A DNA stretch of 64,000 nucleotides, from the NCBI RefSeq assembly GCF_001194135.2, contig NC_068990.1, positions 45,408,417-45,472,416 on the forward strand, read 5' to 3'. The DNA is from Octopus bimaculoides. Its lineage: Eukaryota. Of the stretch, positions 1 to 12,509 are shown piece after piece. The first letter of the stretch is position 1. Each line of letters begins with the position of its first letter. The notes under the pieces are model-generated. The model did not search any database and was not told the DNA's origin. It worked only from the letters and a program-made list of their open reading frames with translations. A program made the position numbers and the translations under genes.

Positions 1-333
1 ACTGGCAGCATCTCTGTACATGGCTCGCACAGCTCTCACTAACCATTCTTCTATCCCAAGTTTCCTCATTGACCACCAGATAAGGGATCGGGGGACCCTG
101 TCAAAGGCTTTCTCCATGTCAACGAAGGCCAGGTACAGAGGTTTATCCTTGGCTAGGTATTTCTCCTGCAGCTGTCTCACTAGAAATATGGCATCAGTGG
201 TGCTTTTACCTGGCACAAACCCAAACTGCATCTCATCTAAATTGATTTGCTCCCTAATTAGTTGGGCTATGACCCTCTCCGTAACTTTCATAACCTGATC
301 TAACAGCTTGATGCCTCTGTAATTATTTGTATC
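1..333 (-). mobile_element. RTE-clade LINE, reverse transcriptase fragment (5'-truncated, runs off the window edge)
   Basis: Manual minus-strand translation is open: DTNNYRGIKLLDQVMKVTERVIAQLIREQINLDEMQFGFVPGKSTTDAIFLVRQLQEKYLAKDKPLYLAFVDMEKAFDRVPRSLIWWSMRKLGIEEWL. It contains the QFGF, STTDAIF and FVDxEKAFD motifs of non-LTR RTs. Confidence 0.92.
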
Positions 334-399
334 AATCCTCCTGTATATTCTTTTACCCAAAGCCAGGAACTTTTCAGCAACTTCTTGTAGTTTATTTAA

Positions 400-620
400 C
401 TCTTTAGCATTTAAACCAACCATAATTATACAAACATTCTACTTGTTTTATGTTTGAACCAACCAAATCCGGTCTCTCTCACACCAACCCTACAATGTCA
501 CTCAAAAAATAAACAATCACATCATCAAAATCTCAAAGCTCTAAGATAATGCAGGATTAATTGAAAACAATGTGAATAAATAAGCATTACATTCAACAGA
601 GTAATCTGAATGTTAAAGGG
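400..620. mobile_element. Small non-autonomous element with CCCTTTAGCATT-like termini (piggyBac-like MITE)
   Basis: Left end TTAA|ctctttagcatt, right end aatgttaaaggg|ttgt. The termini are inverted; the right TTAA is decayed. Confidence 0.55.
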
Positions 621-1183
621 TTGTTGTTATCATTTAGCTATCAGATGAGTGATTAAATTGAAGGTAAAAGAGATATTCCAATTGTGATAATACATTTTAT
701 TCCAGACTATATTGTCCAGTGTTTTCTTCTTAAGACAATATGGCTGGTTAACAGTTATTTGGCTGTTATTTCTAGTAGGGCAATGTACAGTGCAGAAACC
801 TTTTTGGTTGTACATGAAGGAAGGAATTCTTTTTCAAAACTGTGATGTTAAAGAATTGAGTAGTGGTAAGTACAATACAGCTGCTTATCCATCCATCCAC
901 CCCTCCCTCCCTCCCTATACTATATGAATGTATGGTGATGTTAATTTTCTGTGTGTGTGTGTGTGTGGTACATGTCTAATATATGTATAGATGCCTATTC
1001 ATTTTTCACAAATGTCATCACATTGTGCATGTCAAAAGACATATAATCGGAGAAGTCTTTGAGTAAGTTTGTTAATTATATAATTACATACAGGACATCC
1101 TAATGATTACACATTTCTAATTAAGCAATGAATAACTAAGTAACATGTTGCTATGGGTTACTATACAACTCCCACAATAGGAT

Positions 1184-1670
1184 GTTGAAATTAATGTACG
1201 ATAGCATCTTATAAAGCTAGATTTATATATATCCTAAATTTGCAGATGAATTTGTTATTCGGGCAGTTTAGCTTAATGGTAAAGCACTTGATGCATAATC
1301 ACAGTTTATCCTGTTCATGCTATAATATTAGCATTATCCTGCGTTTGAGATTAAAATTATTTCCTTATCTGTATCTTTCAATTCATCTCAATGCTTCTAA
1401 AGCAAACTTTGTTAACTTTCAGCATTAAGTTGAATTTGACGTACGATAGCGTCTTATAAAGGTAGATTTATATATCCTAAATTTACAGAAGAATTTGTCG
1501 TTCGGATAGTTTAGCTTAGTGGTAAAGTGTAATCACAGGGATGTGAGTTCGAGTCTCATGGCTGGCCGCTGACAGATTTTTTTGCAAAATATGGATAGTT
1601 TATCCTGTTCATGCTATATTATTAGCATTATTCTGCATTTGAGAATAAAATTATTTGCTTATCTGTATGT
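1184..1670 (+). repeat. Tandem duplication of a ~245 bp unit, each copy containing a broken tRNA-like sequence
   Basis: 1184-1375 and 1429-1670 share gtacgatagc.tcttataaag.tagattt... and gtttatcctgttcatgcta... flanks. Confidence 0.85.
1504..1567 (+). pseudogene. tRNA pseudogene (D arm and T arm intact, anticodon arm partly deleted); sister copy at 1261-1303
   Basis: D arm GCTT-AGTGGTA-AAGY (AAGC in the sister copy), T arm GTGAG-TTCGAGT-CTCAT, 3' acceptor strand GGCTGGC. The sister copy supplies the anticodon arm CTTGA-TGCATAA-TCA. Confidence 0.6.
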
Positions 1671-1749
1671 ATATATATTATTGAATGTATGTGTATATGT
1701 TTGTATGAATGTATGAACATATACATATACACACACACACACACATATA

Positions 1750-1960
1750 TATGTGTATATATTGTGCGTATTTGTCCTTCAGCACTGCTTGGCAATTGGC
1801 ACTGGTTTGTTTACATTCCTGTAACCTAGTGGTTCAGCAAAAGAGACTGATAGAATAAGTACCAGGCTTTAAAAATTTAAGTACTGGAGCCAATTTGTTT
1901 GACTTAAACCCTTTGAAGTGGTGCCCCAGAATAGCCAATGACTGAAAGAAGTAAAAGATA
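1750..1960 (+). mobile_element. 3' half of tRNA/CORE-type SINE (family A)
   Basis: Matches the ...aaagagactgatagaataagtacc... and gactgaaagaagtaaaaga tail seen in full copies at 53752 and 61688. Confidence 0.75.
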
Positions 1961-2467
1961 ACAGATAAAAGAAAATACATTGGATAATGTAGTACTGGAT
2001 AAACAATGGGTAGATAAATGAATAAAAAAGACTGGATGGCCATGGTTGAAATGTCTTTGATTTTATATTTGTTCACTGAACACCGAGATTTTGCTAGATA
2101 TCAACAACTGGTTCATATTTTATATATTGAGAAGTTAGGAGGGATGCTAAAAGATATAGTCGATCATAGTAAGATACAAATATATAGAAATGTAAGGCAG
2201 CTAAACCTATCATAATGTTACACCTCCAACATTGCAATGTGTACACCAACTTAATTGTCCACTCTAGAACTTGTTTTCTTCTTCTATTATAATTCTATTC
2301 ACATCGATCATAGGAATATTAAAACACTTTATGTAAGCAATCTTGGTAGGATTTGAGGCAAAGTTGACCTAGGCGGAATTTGAATCCTGAATGTAAAATA
2401 CAACAAATTATTTGGCTTGATACTTCAACATGTCTGTCATACACCACTCTAATAATAATAATAATAC

Positions 2468-2664
2468 CAGACACTGGCTCTCATGGCTTCTGATCTTAAC
2501 TAATTAGAAGTGTTATCATGTTCATGTTTTGTCTTGGTATAAAAGATGCACTATAGCAAATACTCTGCTCATACTACAGATTTGCTTGACCGTAACCAGT
2601 TGAGCATGTCCCTTAGTGGCTGATGATATGTCCAACTCTGATCACAAGCAGAAGTATTGGGGTC
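2468..2664. repeat. Dispersed repeat, second copy at ~50317-50790
   Basis: cactggctctcatggcttctgat...accagttgagcatgtcccttagtg is present at both loci. Confidence 0.8.
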
Positions 2665-5600
2665 ATCCCAAATGAGGCTCCTACCTCTAACCTAGAGACA
2701 GAGGGTAAGACCATCTGCTCTCTTTCCATCACTTCTGGATAACCCCAAAAGCTCCAGAACAGGGGATATTAATCTGAGCCAGGACCCACTTAATGATTAG
2801 GTTAGTGTGGCGAGCGAAGCAACCAGCATTTAGGCAACAAGACAGACTGTGAAGACCTGTGGGGTTGAGGGACCTATCACAGCGACATCTCAGTCCCCTA
2901 CAGACACCAGCTCCCACTCTGAGTGCAATGGAGATGTGGAGTTTATCTAGACTGAGTAGAGCTCCAATGTTGACCATAGGCAGGGCATCAATCCAGTCCC
3001 CCAACAATTTTGCACTTGCTGAAAGTAGGCAACACCTTGAAAATAGATCAGATTGATCAAGGAAAGAGTTGAAAGTGGTACCTGAACGCAGATTGTCCCA
3101 TGCTCTCTGTTTCCATCTATCCTCCACTGCAACCAGAACTGACAAACCCAGACCTCTCCACTGTGATAGAGCTTCATTCATCTCCATGTTGGAATTAGTT
3201 CATGTTGGAGAGGAGAGGATGTTGTTTATCAAAGGGGAGTAAATGTGGATGGAGGAAAGAAAACAGGGAAGAGATAAAGATGAGCACTTGCTCAGACCTA
3301 GACCCCGCCCCCCCAAACTGTTTAGGCAGAGCAACTTGGTTGCTGGAGTCTGGGGTGAGTTTTGCAGTGGCCAAGCATTTGAGTTTCCTGAAGATTAGGT
3401 CATCAAAGTATTGGAGGTACAACAGGAATTTGTAAGAGGAACTAACTCTAAGAAAATGCAATAGCTTATGAATTGACAAGTAATTCCTAAGTATTAAAGA
3501 ACCTTGGTGGGGCTCAATTACTTCAAGGTTTTTTAAAAGTTGTTTGAGATTAGCCATTTTGGATCTAAAGATAAACTCAAAAGCTAGGTCAGTAATTGGG
3601 GCTCCAAGGAAGCACAATGCTGATGAAGGGAGGCATTACGATTGAGGGGAGGAAGTCAACAAATAGTTTAGTAGTCAGCTCATGCAAAGCTGGGTGGTTG
3701 AGGAACCAGAGTTCACATTTGGAGCTGTGAACTCTACAACCAAGTTCCTTGATCATCATCCTCACACTTGCAAGCACCTTGTCAGGAAGGCCTCCCAAAT
3801 AAGCATCATCAAGATACCAGATAGGTCTAGGTCAGCTCCCATCTTGGTAACATCATCAATACTCAATGCGAATAGGGTGGGACCAAGTGAATCACCCTGT
3901 TGAACTTCAGAGGCAGATGGGATGAGGTGGTCACCAATTGAGAGGTAGGAGGGCTCCTGATAGGCTTGCCAAACAAAGTGATAAAGTGGTGGGGAATTCT
4001 CCCTTACTGTGTGGAAGATGACATCTCAACTGATGGAGTTAAAAGCATTCTTAAGGTCTAGTTTGAGGATGACCTTTGGGAACTCAGAGGGCAAGTTGGT
4101 GAAGGCCCTGGTGGCATGAGCAGCAGCCTCACAACCTAGTTTAGTATCTGCTCCTAGCTGAAGTGGGGAAAATTCCTTGGACAGGCAGTTAGAAACTGAG
4201 GACAGGCACACTTTTGCTGTGAAATGTCACAGAATACAGCCAACTGCTATGGGGTAGAGGTTACCACTGGGCTTGGTGAGACCAAACAGTTTGATCCCAA
4301 AGAACAGGGGGTGAATGTAGGCAAGGACACTCTTGGATGAGAACAAGTTTATGAACTAAGCGAGGTTCTCCAAGAGTTCGAGCTCAGCATCATCAGCTGA
4401 CAGATACCATCCTTGAGATGCTGAGGTTGTAAGCCATTGATCTCAGTGCCAGAACCCACTGGAAAAGAGGCAGTTGCCCTCCTCACATTGTCACGGGTAA
4501 AGATGGGTTGTAGAAAGTTTAGTAGGTCAAGCCAGTGTAGGTGATCATCTGGAGACCCTGGAGGATGTTTCTCCTTCGATTCGTTGAGAGAGTCTGTGCT
4601 ACACAGGATGAGGGAGAACAGAAAGGAAAGAGGGTAAACAACCCCTTTAATGTCAAATTTGCTGAATTTGGCATTAACAGCCTTCTTTAAGTTAGGTGGT
4701 CGACCATTGTTCGAGTTTGAACTAATCACTGACCTGAGATGAACAGTAGCTGGGGTAGATTCGAACAGCTTGAACTACCATTTCAGGGAAGAAATGAGGG
4801 ATCCACTATTCTCATTCATCACGTGGAGGGAGACCAAAGGGAACAGGAACAGTTTCTGCCAATCTGAGGTATTGTTGGATAGGCAGACATTCTTCAGCAG
4901 TTTCAAGAGAACACAGGCAAAACAAGTTTGAGTGCCTTGAGGGATCCGATTGACAAGTTGGATAAGTCCTGGAGGGTGGTGGCAAAGTCTTCAACAGGGA
5001 TCTGGACTTCAGAGCATGGTTTTGTCCTACTAAGGATGTAAAAACTCAAGTGACATCAGTTGCATGTCCAGTTATAAAAACTGTTGGCTTGAACCTTAGT
5101 GGTGCCAATGCAGCTTCTGTGGTAACTTAGACTACACAAGTGGCATTTGATGGTCTTCAAATGGTGACTTGTACTGGTGCAGAGAACACAATTTGGAGAC
5201 GAACATGCAGTATCAGTGGGGTCAGCATTAGAATTAGAATTCAGACGGGGTGTGGATGGAAGAATGGCGCTGGGGGTAGAGGGGGTAGCTGAGTGAACAG
5301 CATTAACTCTGGTGGTGGGATTCGAGTGGGGTGCAGGAGGAAATGCAGGCAGGCAGGCTGGCTGTAATGAGAATGGTGGGGTGAATAAGGGGTGGTTGGG
5401 GAAGGTTAGTGATGGAGGTAGAGCGGAGAGCTGGATGAAGAGTGTTAATACTGGCGCTGGGGTTTGGCTGGGGGGAGGGAGACAGGAGCCAATGACAGCC
5501 GGCTGGCTATTACGGGAGTTGTGGAGTGAATAAAGGGACTAGCAGGACTAATACTGTCCGAATCTGACGGTGGAAGGGGTTGGTGAGATAGAAGGATACG

Positions 5601-5700
5601 AGTTAACTCCCCTAGAATGTGATGGAGGGGTGGGGAGGGAGAGACGAAGGCTTGTTGGGTATGATGAAATCGTTTAACCATGTCGGTCTCCTAGTTACTC
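2665..5700 (-). mobile_element. Decayed CRE-clade (restriction-like endonuclease) non-LTR retrotransposon: Pro/Ser-rich N-terminus, PHD finger, RT, CCHC and endonuclease start
   Basis: Minus-strand peptides: QLGADTKLGCEAAAHATRAF...VILKLDLKNAFNSI; VQQGDSLGPTLFALSID...WYLDD; CRCDRSLNPTGLHSLSC...RH; GLSRSDGKRADGLTL...LIWD. Many stops and frameshifts; CpG-depleted. Confidence 0.85.
5053..5190 (-). other. PHD (C4HC3) finger coding segment inside the CRE element
   Basis: Single frame: CVLCTSTSHHLKTIKCHLCSLSYHRSCIGTTKVQANSFYNWTCN*C. The one stop is TGA, consistent with a CGA>TGA CpG change. Confidence 0.8.
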
Positions 5701-6119
5701 GTTGCATGGCTCAGAACTTTTTGATTAAGTAATTAATTTTATTTTGCTTTTCTTTCGCTTAAACAGACCGCCAATGAACAATAATAAAATTAGTGAGCGT
5801 GCATGCATACATCCTGACTCACATCACATACATCAAGTTTCATTTGGTATATATATGTGATGTGTGTCAAGATGCATGTGCGTGTTAACCCTTTTTTAAA
5901 TATCAAATCTGAAAGGTATTTGTAGAAATTTCATTAAAAAATATCCAATTTTTTGAAAGTTTTGAGTAAGTAAAGATGGGAGACGAGGGCACAATTGTGT
6001 AGGTATACCGTTATTTTAACCCGTATTTCGTGATAGATTTTCCTTAGAATCCTAAAATTTTGATTAATATGTAATTTTCAGTAGCTTTAATCTGAGCTTT
6101 CCATCTCCCTCTCCACCTC

Positions 6120-6555
<436 letters not shown>

Positions 6556-7132
6556 CACATAAATCAAAATAAGCAACAAGGATATTCAGAGGTAATGCAG
6601 TATGATTGTTTCATGCAACTCTATTTAATTGAACAATGCAATCATTACATCAATTTAAAATGCAGAACAATCCTCAGTTGCACAAAGACATAGAATTTAA
6701 TTAAATTAGAACAGATGGACATATTAGTATAATTATACCTAAAATCTCCAAGAAGTTAAGGAGATAGACAAAGAATATGTTGCCTCTACTTCAGCATAGA
6801 AGTTACTAAATTACCGAGAAATCTCTGCCTGTCACTGATTTTATTTGTTTTTATGGGGTCAGTCTTAATTTATAGACTAGTTTATCAAATCCTTGTATAT
6901 CTAAAGCTGAGAGAATAACGGCAGTATCTGTTAGGGGTACAGCTGAGAGAGCAGACAGAAATCATAGTTGGTATAGTCATAAAAATCAAGATTTATTAGA
7001 AGCAATATCATGAGGTTTGGTAAAGGAAAACTTAAGACAAGATGTTAGCTGACAATTAAGGGGGTCGCTTACTAGCAGACCATTGATAATGAAACAGGGG
7101 ATGTCTTATCATGTAGTACTATAGTTAAATGT

Positions 7133-7535
7133 TTTACATGATGGCACCTGTACATGTGGAGCGCCAAGAGCACCGTTCGAGCGTGATCGTTACCAGTGTC
7201 GCCTTCCTGGCACTTGTGCTTGTGGCACGTGAAAAGTCATTCGAGCGAGATCGTTGCCAGTGCTGCTGGACTGGCTCCTGTGCAGGTGGCACATAAAAAA
7301 CACCATTTTGAGCGTGACCGTTGCCAGTTCCGCCTGACTGGCCTTCGTGCTGGTGGCACGTAAAAGCACCCACTACACTCTCGGAGTGGTTGGCGTTAGG
7401 AAGGGCATCCAGCTGTAGAAACTCTACCAAATCAGATTAGACCCTGGTGTAGCCATCTGGTTCACCAGTCCTCAGTCAAATCGTCCAACCCATGCTAGTA
7501 TGGAGAACGGACGTTAAACGAGGATGATGATGATG
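7133..7535 (+). mobile_element. Young 3' UTR/tail of RTE LINE with an internal ~65 bp triplication and (GAT)n tail
   Basis: Contains gttggcgttaggaagggcatccagctgtagaaac. The same tail is fused to RTE coding sequence at 45600-46230 and 63440-64000. Confidence 0.8.
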
Positions 7536-8088
7536 TTGCTATATTGTATACAGCTAAAGTTTATGGCTATTCAGAGGGTTATTAAGAAGAATATATTAAC
7601 AAAAGGATAGAAATTTATGGATACTTTTGAGTATATACCAAACTTTTTACCACAATAGAGGGAGCAAAAGTGTATATATACACTTGATATTAAAAAAATT
7701 GTTTATAAACATTTGAAATATGTAGATTAGAGGAATTGTTAGAGTATCGGTTCTCTATTTTGTGAGTTCAAATTCGGTTGCAGTTAACTTTGCTTTTATC
7801 CTTCTGGAGTCGATAAAATAAAGTACCATTCAAGTACTGGGTAGAGATAGTTAAACATTCCTTTCCTTTTATTTAACCTTATGTAAACTATGTAAGAAAT
7901 CAAATGTTTGACAAGGGAATTGTCGCCCTTAATTTTGTTTGTATTTCGCACACACATACACGTGGTATGCAATATACGAGTATATGTATGGGAGAGAGAG
8001 AGAAGAAGAAGAAGAAAAGATGCGTGGTTTGATTCACGAAGAGAACTTGTCCATAATTTTTTTCAAATGTACACAAATCATTTACAGT

Positions 8089-8336
8089 TGATAAAAAGAG
8101 AGAGAGAGAGAGAGAAAGATTGAGAGATGTATGGTTCGATTCCTGCAGAAAATTATGTCCGTTACTTTTGTTTTTAAATGTTTTCCAATTATTTAGCGTA
8201 AATAGATAGACTGTAGTGAGAGAAAAAGAAAGCAGCAGATGCATAATGCGATTCCAAAGGAAAATATGTTCGTTATTTTCCTTTTGAAATTCACCAATTA
8301 TTTACAATAGATATCTACATGACTAGATAGGGGAGG

Positions 8337-8390
<54 letters not shown>

Positions 8391-8452
8391 TGTGTGTGTG
8401 TGNNNNNNNNNNGTGTGTGTGTGTGTGTGAGAGAGAGATAGAGAGAGAGAGA

Positions 8453-8483
<31 letters not shown>
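8089..8483. repeat. (GA)n and (GT)n microsatellites (8089-8120 and 8340-8483; 10-N gap at 8403-8412)
   Basis: Directly visible. Confidence 0.9.
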
Positions 8484-9150
8484 TAGACGAAGAATCGCGC
8501 AGCTTTTAGATATATTGCATCAACGTAAGCATGAGAAGGAATGAAAGAGACAGAAGGATATAAGAAAGACAAGGGGAAGCTGGAAGTAACGGAAGAAAGG
8601 AAATTAGAGCACGTGATTATAACAGACAGGAAGGCTGAGCAAGCACTGCACAAGTTCTCGATGTAGTGGCTGCCTGTGACTCCGATCAGAAGTATCTGAT
8701 ACACGCAAGCGATGGGGCTAAAACAACGAAAGCTAGGTACTTGCTATGTAAGAAAAGGTTCATTGAGTGTGTAGGTGTGTTGGTGTTTTTCACTATTTCA
8801 CGAGTGACGCGAATACATCTCTGAGATTATAAAGATCGCATATATATATATATATATATACTATGTGACGCTATCTTATGGATTCTTACCAAGAATCTAC
8901 TGTTTGTAAGGTAGCCACCTATATTGGAGACGTTTGTTTTGGACAGGTGAAGCGATAATCTTAAATAGATTTTATTCCAATAAAAACAACTGCCATCGTC
9001 AACCTGGTCAATAATAGCAGCATCACAAGCACAAACAGACAAGAAACTTTCGCGATAAGCGAGACAATCCTGATAAATCTGGTGTACAACAGTGCATTTA
9101 ACAGTACTCACACATGTTTATCAACTGACATCAATCAATCAATGTTTATG

Positions 9151-9202
<52 letters not shown>

Positions 9203-9667
9203 GTATATATATGCACACACACATGTATCATGATGATTCTTCCATGACAATAACTCGATTTATAATACAATTTTGTGATGAGATTTAATATTTAATATGT
9301 TCTAATTGCGACATTTTCAAAAGAAAACAATATACGTTACACAGATAAATGTCTTTAATTAAGACCTCGTCGGAAACATGTTACGTTGGATAAAAACCAC
9401 TCTTTTCAGATGGGTGAGTTTAATATTTTTTGTTTTTTCTCTTCTTAACCCCTTCTCCGCTAATGTTTCGCTCCTGGACATCTCTGTAATTGCTCACTTG
9501 TATATATTATGTGTTTGTTTCCAATGAAAATACGTACGAGATCTAATTTATGATGATTATGATTAAGTTCTTGTTGATAATGTTCCATTGTCAACACTGC
9601 TTTAACCAGACTCATGATGTTCTTATTGATAGCAATCTTTTTATTAATGATGGAAATAGTTTTTTTG

Positions 9668-10100
9668 TTGACGTTGTTGTTTAGCTCTATATCAGCTCTG
9701 ATCAAGCAGACCTATAATCAAAAACATTCCAGTCGTGACAGTCTAGTCTTTTTCATGTATGCATGGAACCCGAGCTCACATTCTTACTACATGTCCTTTT
9801 CTAAGATAGCAAGGTGTGATTATGGAAGATTTGGTTGCTATTTCTAACAGGTTGAATGTCTATGCAGAGGCTCCCTCGTTGGCTCGGAGGATCCCTGTTG
9901 TCGTTTAGCCACAGGTCAAGTCAGATCAAGCAGACTTATGATTGAAACATTCTACTTGTGATCGTCTCATCGTTTTCCTATGTGCATGGAACATTGGACC
10001 ATATTATCCATCGTCTCTTTTTCTCAGATGCTAGGGTACAATTTGAGGGAGATTTGATTGGTATTTCTCGCAGGCCAAGCGACTACAAGAGATTCCCTTG
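9668..10100 (+). repeat. Two tandem copies of a ~220 bp dispersed SINE-like repeat; other copies at ~11130-11528 (two), 13025-13222, 19815-20035 and 39975-40172
   Basis: Shared ctgatcaagcagacctat.atc and gatttggttgctatttcta.cagg...gaggctccctcgttggct motifs. Confidence 0.75.
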
Positions 10101-11880
10101 TTGGCAGATATTAATAATAGCGGAGGTGTTTGTGTTACTGTTGTGGGTATTGCTGCAGCTGTTGTTGTCGTCGAATTTGGTGGTGATATTGTTGATGCTA
10201 TGTTGACATCATGTATTCTGCCTGACTATACCTGGCACTGAGGTATTTTCCCTCGGCCATATTGTTGATGTACCTGGCATTTCTTATTGGCTCTTGATTC
10301 TTATAGAAAAAGAAAAATATTTATTTTGGATACAGATTATTATGGGAAAGAATACATCATCATGATGAGGATCATCATCATCATCAATGAAGAAGCAATA
10401 ACAACAACAATAATTAATACCTATTATTCCTCTGAATAAGTTTTTCATTGTATGGTGTTATAAACTAAAGTGAGAAAACAACTGGATCGAAGCTCTGATT
10501 GCGAACAAATAAAACTACCAGTCATGTTATTAGGTCCTTCAATCGATTAACTCCACCATCTCTATGAATGAGTGTCAATATGAGAAATCAATACAATTCT
10601 CATTATCATTAGTGAAAATAATACTAAAAATGGTTTCTAATTTAGGTACCAGGTTAGCTATTTTGAAAAGGAACCTATTCGATATCATCGACTCCAGTAC
10701 TTGACTGGCGCTTTATTTTACCAACCTCGAAAGGATGAAAGACAAAGATGACCACCCCAATCTTCGACGGAATTTGAACTCAAAATGTAAAAAGCCAGAA
10801 CAAACACTACTAAGTATTTTTTCTGACGCTCTAACGATTCTATCATTCCATTGCCCCCTCTTCATTATTGTCTCACCACCACCACTACCATCAATGTTAT
10901 TTTAAATAACACAAATTCATTCAGCATCTGTTTCTCTTAATTAACACCCGCAAACAATACAACTTTGTGCAAGGTGTAATTAACGATATTTAAAAGATGG
11001 TTGTAGAAAAAAGAAAGTCTTAGTTACAATTCTGACGTAGACTGATTCTTTATTTTCATAAAATATCAACTATATTGTGTTCTTTTCGGTCCCAAATTGG
11101 TATTTTCAAATATATATATGATTGCTGTTATCTAACCCCAGATAAGGGTCTTGTTGCGCAGACCTTGGATCAAAGGCATTAGAGTCATGAATATCCTGTT
11201 TTAGAGGTACGAAAGACTACATTAAGTAATACAGTCCCATACACCTTATAGGGTGTGGTTTGAAGATTTGGTTGCTATTTCTTGTAGGCTGAGCAACCAT
11301 ACAGAGGCTGCCTTGTTGCCTGATGTTATGGTATTTCTGATGTTTAGCGCGGACCAGCTCTGTCTGATCCAGCAAGACTTATATTCGAAAATATTTCAGC
11401 CTCGACCATTCCATATTTTTGTTAAGCTTAATGTATCCAGAGTACATAATCAAACATTATTTCTTTTGCGTGTTTTGAGAGTAATTTGGTTGCTATTTTA
11501 AACAGACTGAACGAGGCGCTTTCGTTGACTTCTGAAATATTGCAGTTATTTGATGTGGTAGCAAGATCGTTGTCTATATATGTTTTGTAAATCCATACCT
11601 TAGATTTAACAGACCGCATATACATACATTCGCATGAACACACATTTATTATAAACCCTGTCGCATTGCCGAAGACATGATCTTTGGATACGCCTGTGCC
11701 ATATTCCAGTCAATACTTCCCAAGATTTCTTTAAGAAGCTGTTAGGCTTGTTGAGTAATTTTTTTAATGGATGGAATATGAAGATACTGCGAACAAGAGG
11801 TGTCTGTTGCTTGCCATAGCCAATCAATATATTTATTTACCCACTCTATCTATCTATCTATCGTATTATCTTTAAGCCAG

Positions 11881-12454
11881 TATGTATGTATGTATATATA
11901 TATATATATNNNNNNNNNNNNNNNNNNNNNNNNNNNNNNNNNNNNNNNNNNNNNNNNNNNNNNNNNNNNNNNNNNNNNNNNNNNNNNNNNNNNNNNNNNN
12001 NNNNNNNNNNNNNNNNNNNNNNNNNNNNNNNNNNNNNNNNNNNNNNNNNNNNNNNNNNNNNNNNNNNNNNNNNNNNNNNNNNNNNNNNNNNNNNNNNNNN
12101 NNNNNNNNNNNNNNNNNNNNNNNNNNNNNNNNNNNNNNNNNNNNNNNNNNNNNNNNNNNNNNNNNNNNNNNNNNNNNNNNNNNNNNNNNNNNNNNNNNNN
12201 NNNNNNNNNNNNNNNNNNNNNNNNNNNNNNNNNNNNNNNNNNNNNNNNNNNNNNNNNNNNNNNNNNNNNNNNNNNNNNNNNNNNNNNNNNNNNNNNNNNN
12301 NNNNNNNNNNNNNNNNNNNNNNNNNNNNNNNNNNNNNNNNNNNNNNNNNNNNNNNNNNNNNNNNNNNNNNNNNNNNNNNNNNNNNNNNNNNNNNNNNNNN
12401 NNNNNNNNNNNNNNNNNNNNNNNNNNNNNNNNNNNNNNNNNNNNNNNNNNNNNN

Positions 12455-12506
<52 letters not shown>
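11881..12506. repeat. (TA)n/(GA)n microsatellite flanking assembly gap 11910-12454
   Basis: Directly visible; the X-rich ORFs here are artefacts. Confidence 0.97.

Positions 12507-12509
<3 letters not shown>

Noticed and set aside
709-865. Plus-strand open segment between a TTCCAG acceptor and a GTAAGT donor
   Set aside because: The peptide is not recognisable and there is no partner exon.
8827-9111. 94-aa minus-strand ORF with a GTAAG donor at 8889
   Set aside because: GTG start and no recognisable domain; kept only as weak support for a first exon.
9340-9500. Hammerhead-like fragments (ccgacgaggtctt..aagac; ggagcgaaacattag)
   Set aside because: Only half-motifs, and not in a compatible arrangement; possibly a very old Penelope pLTR.
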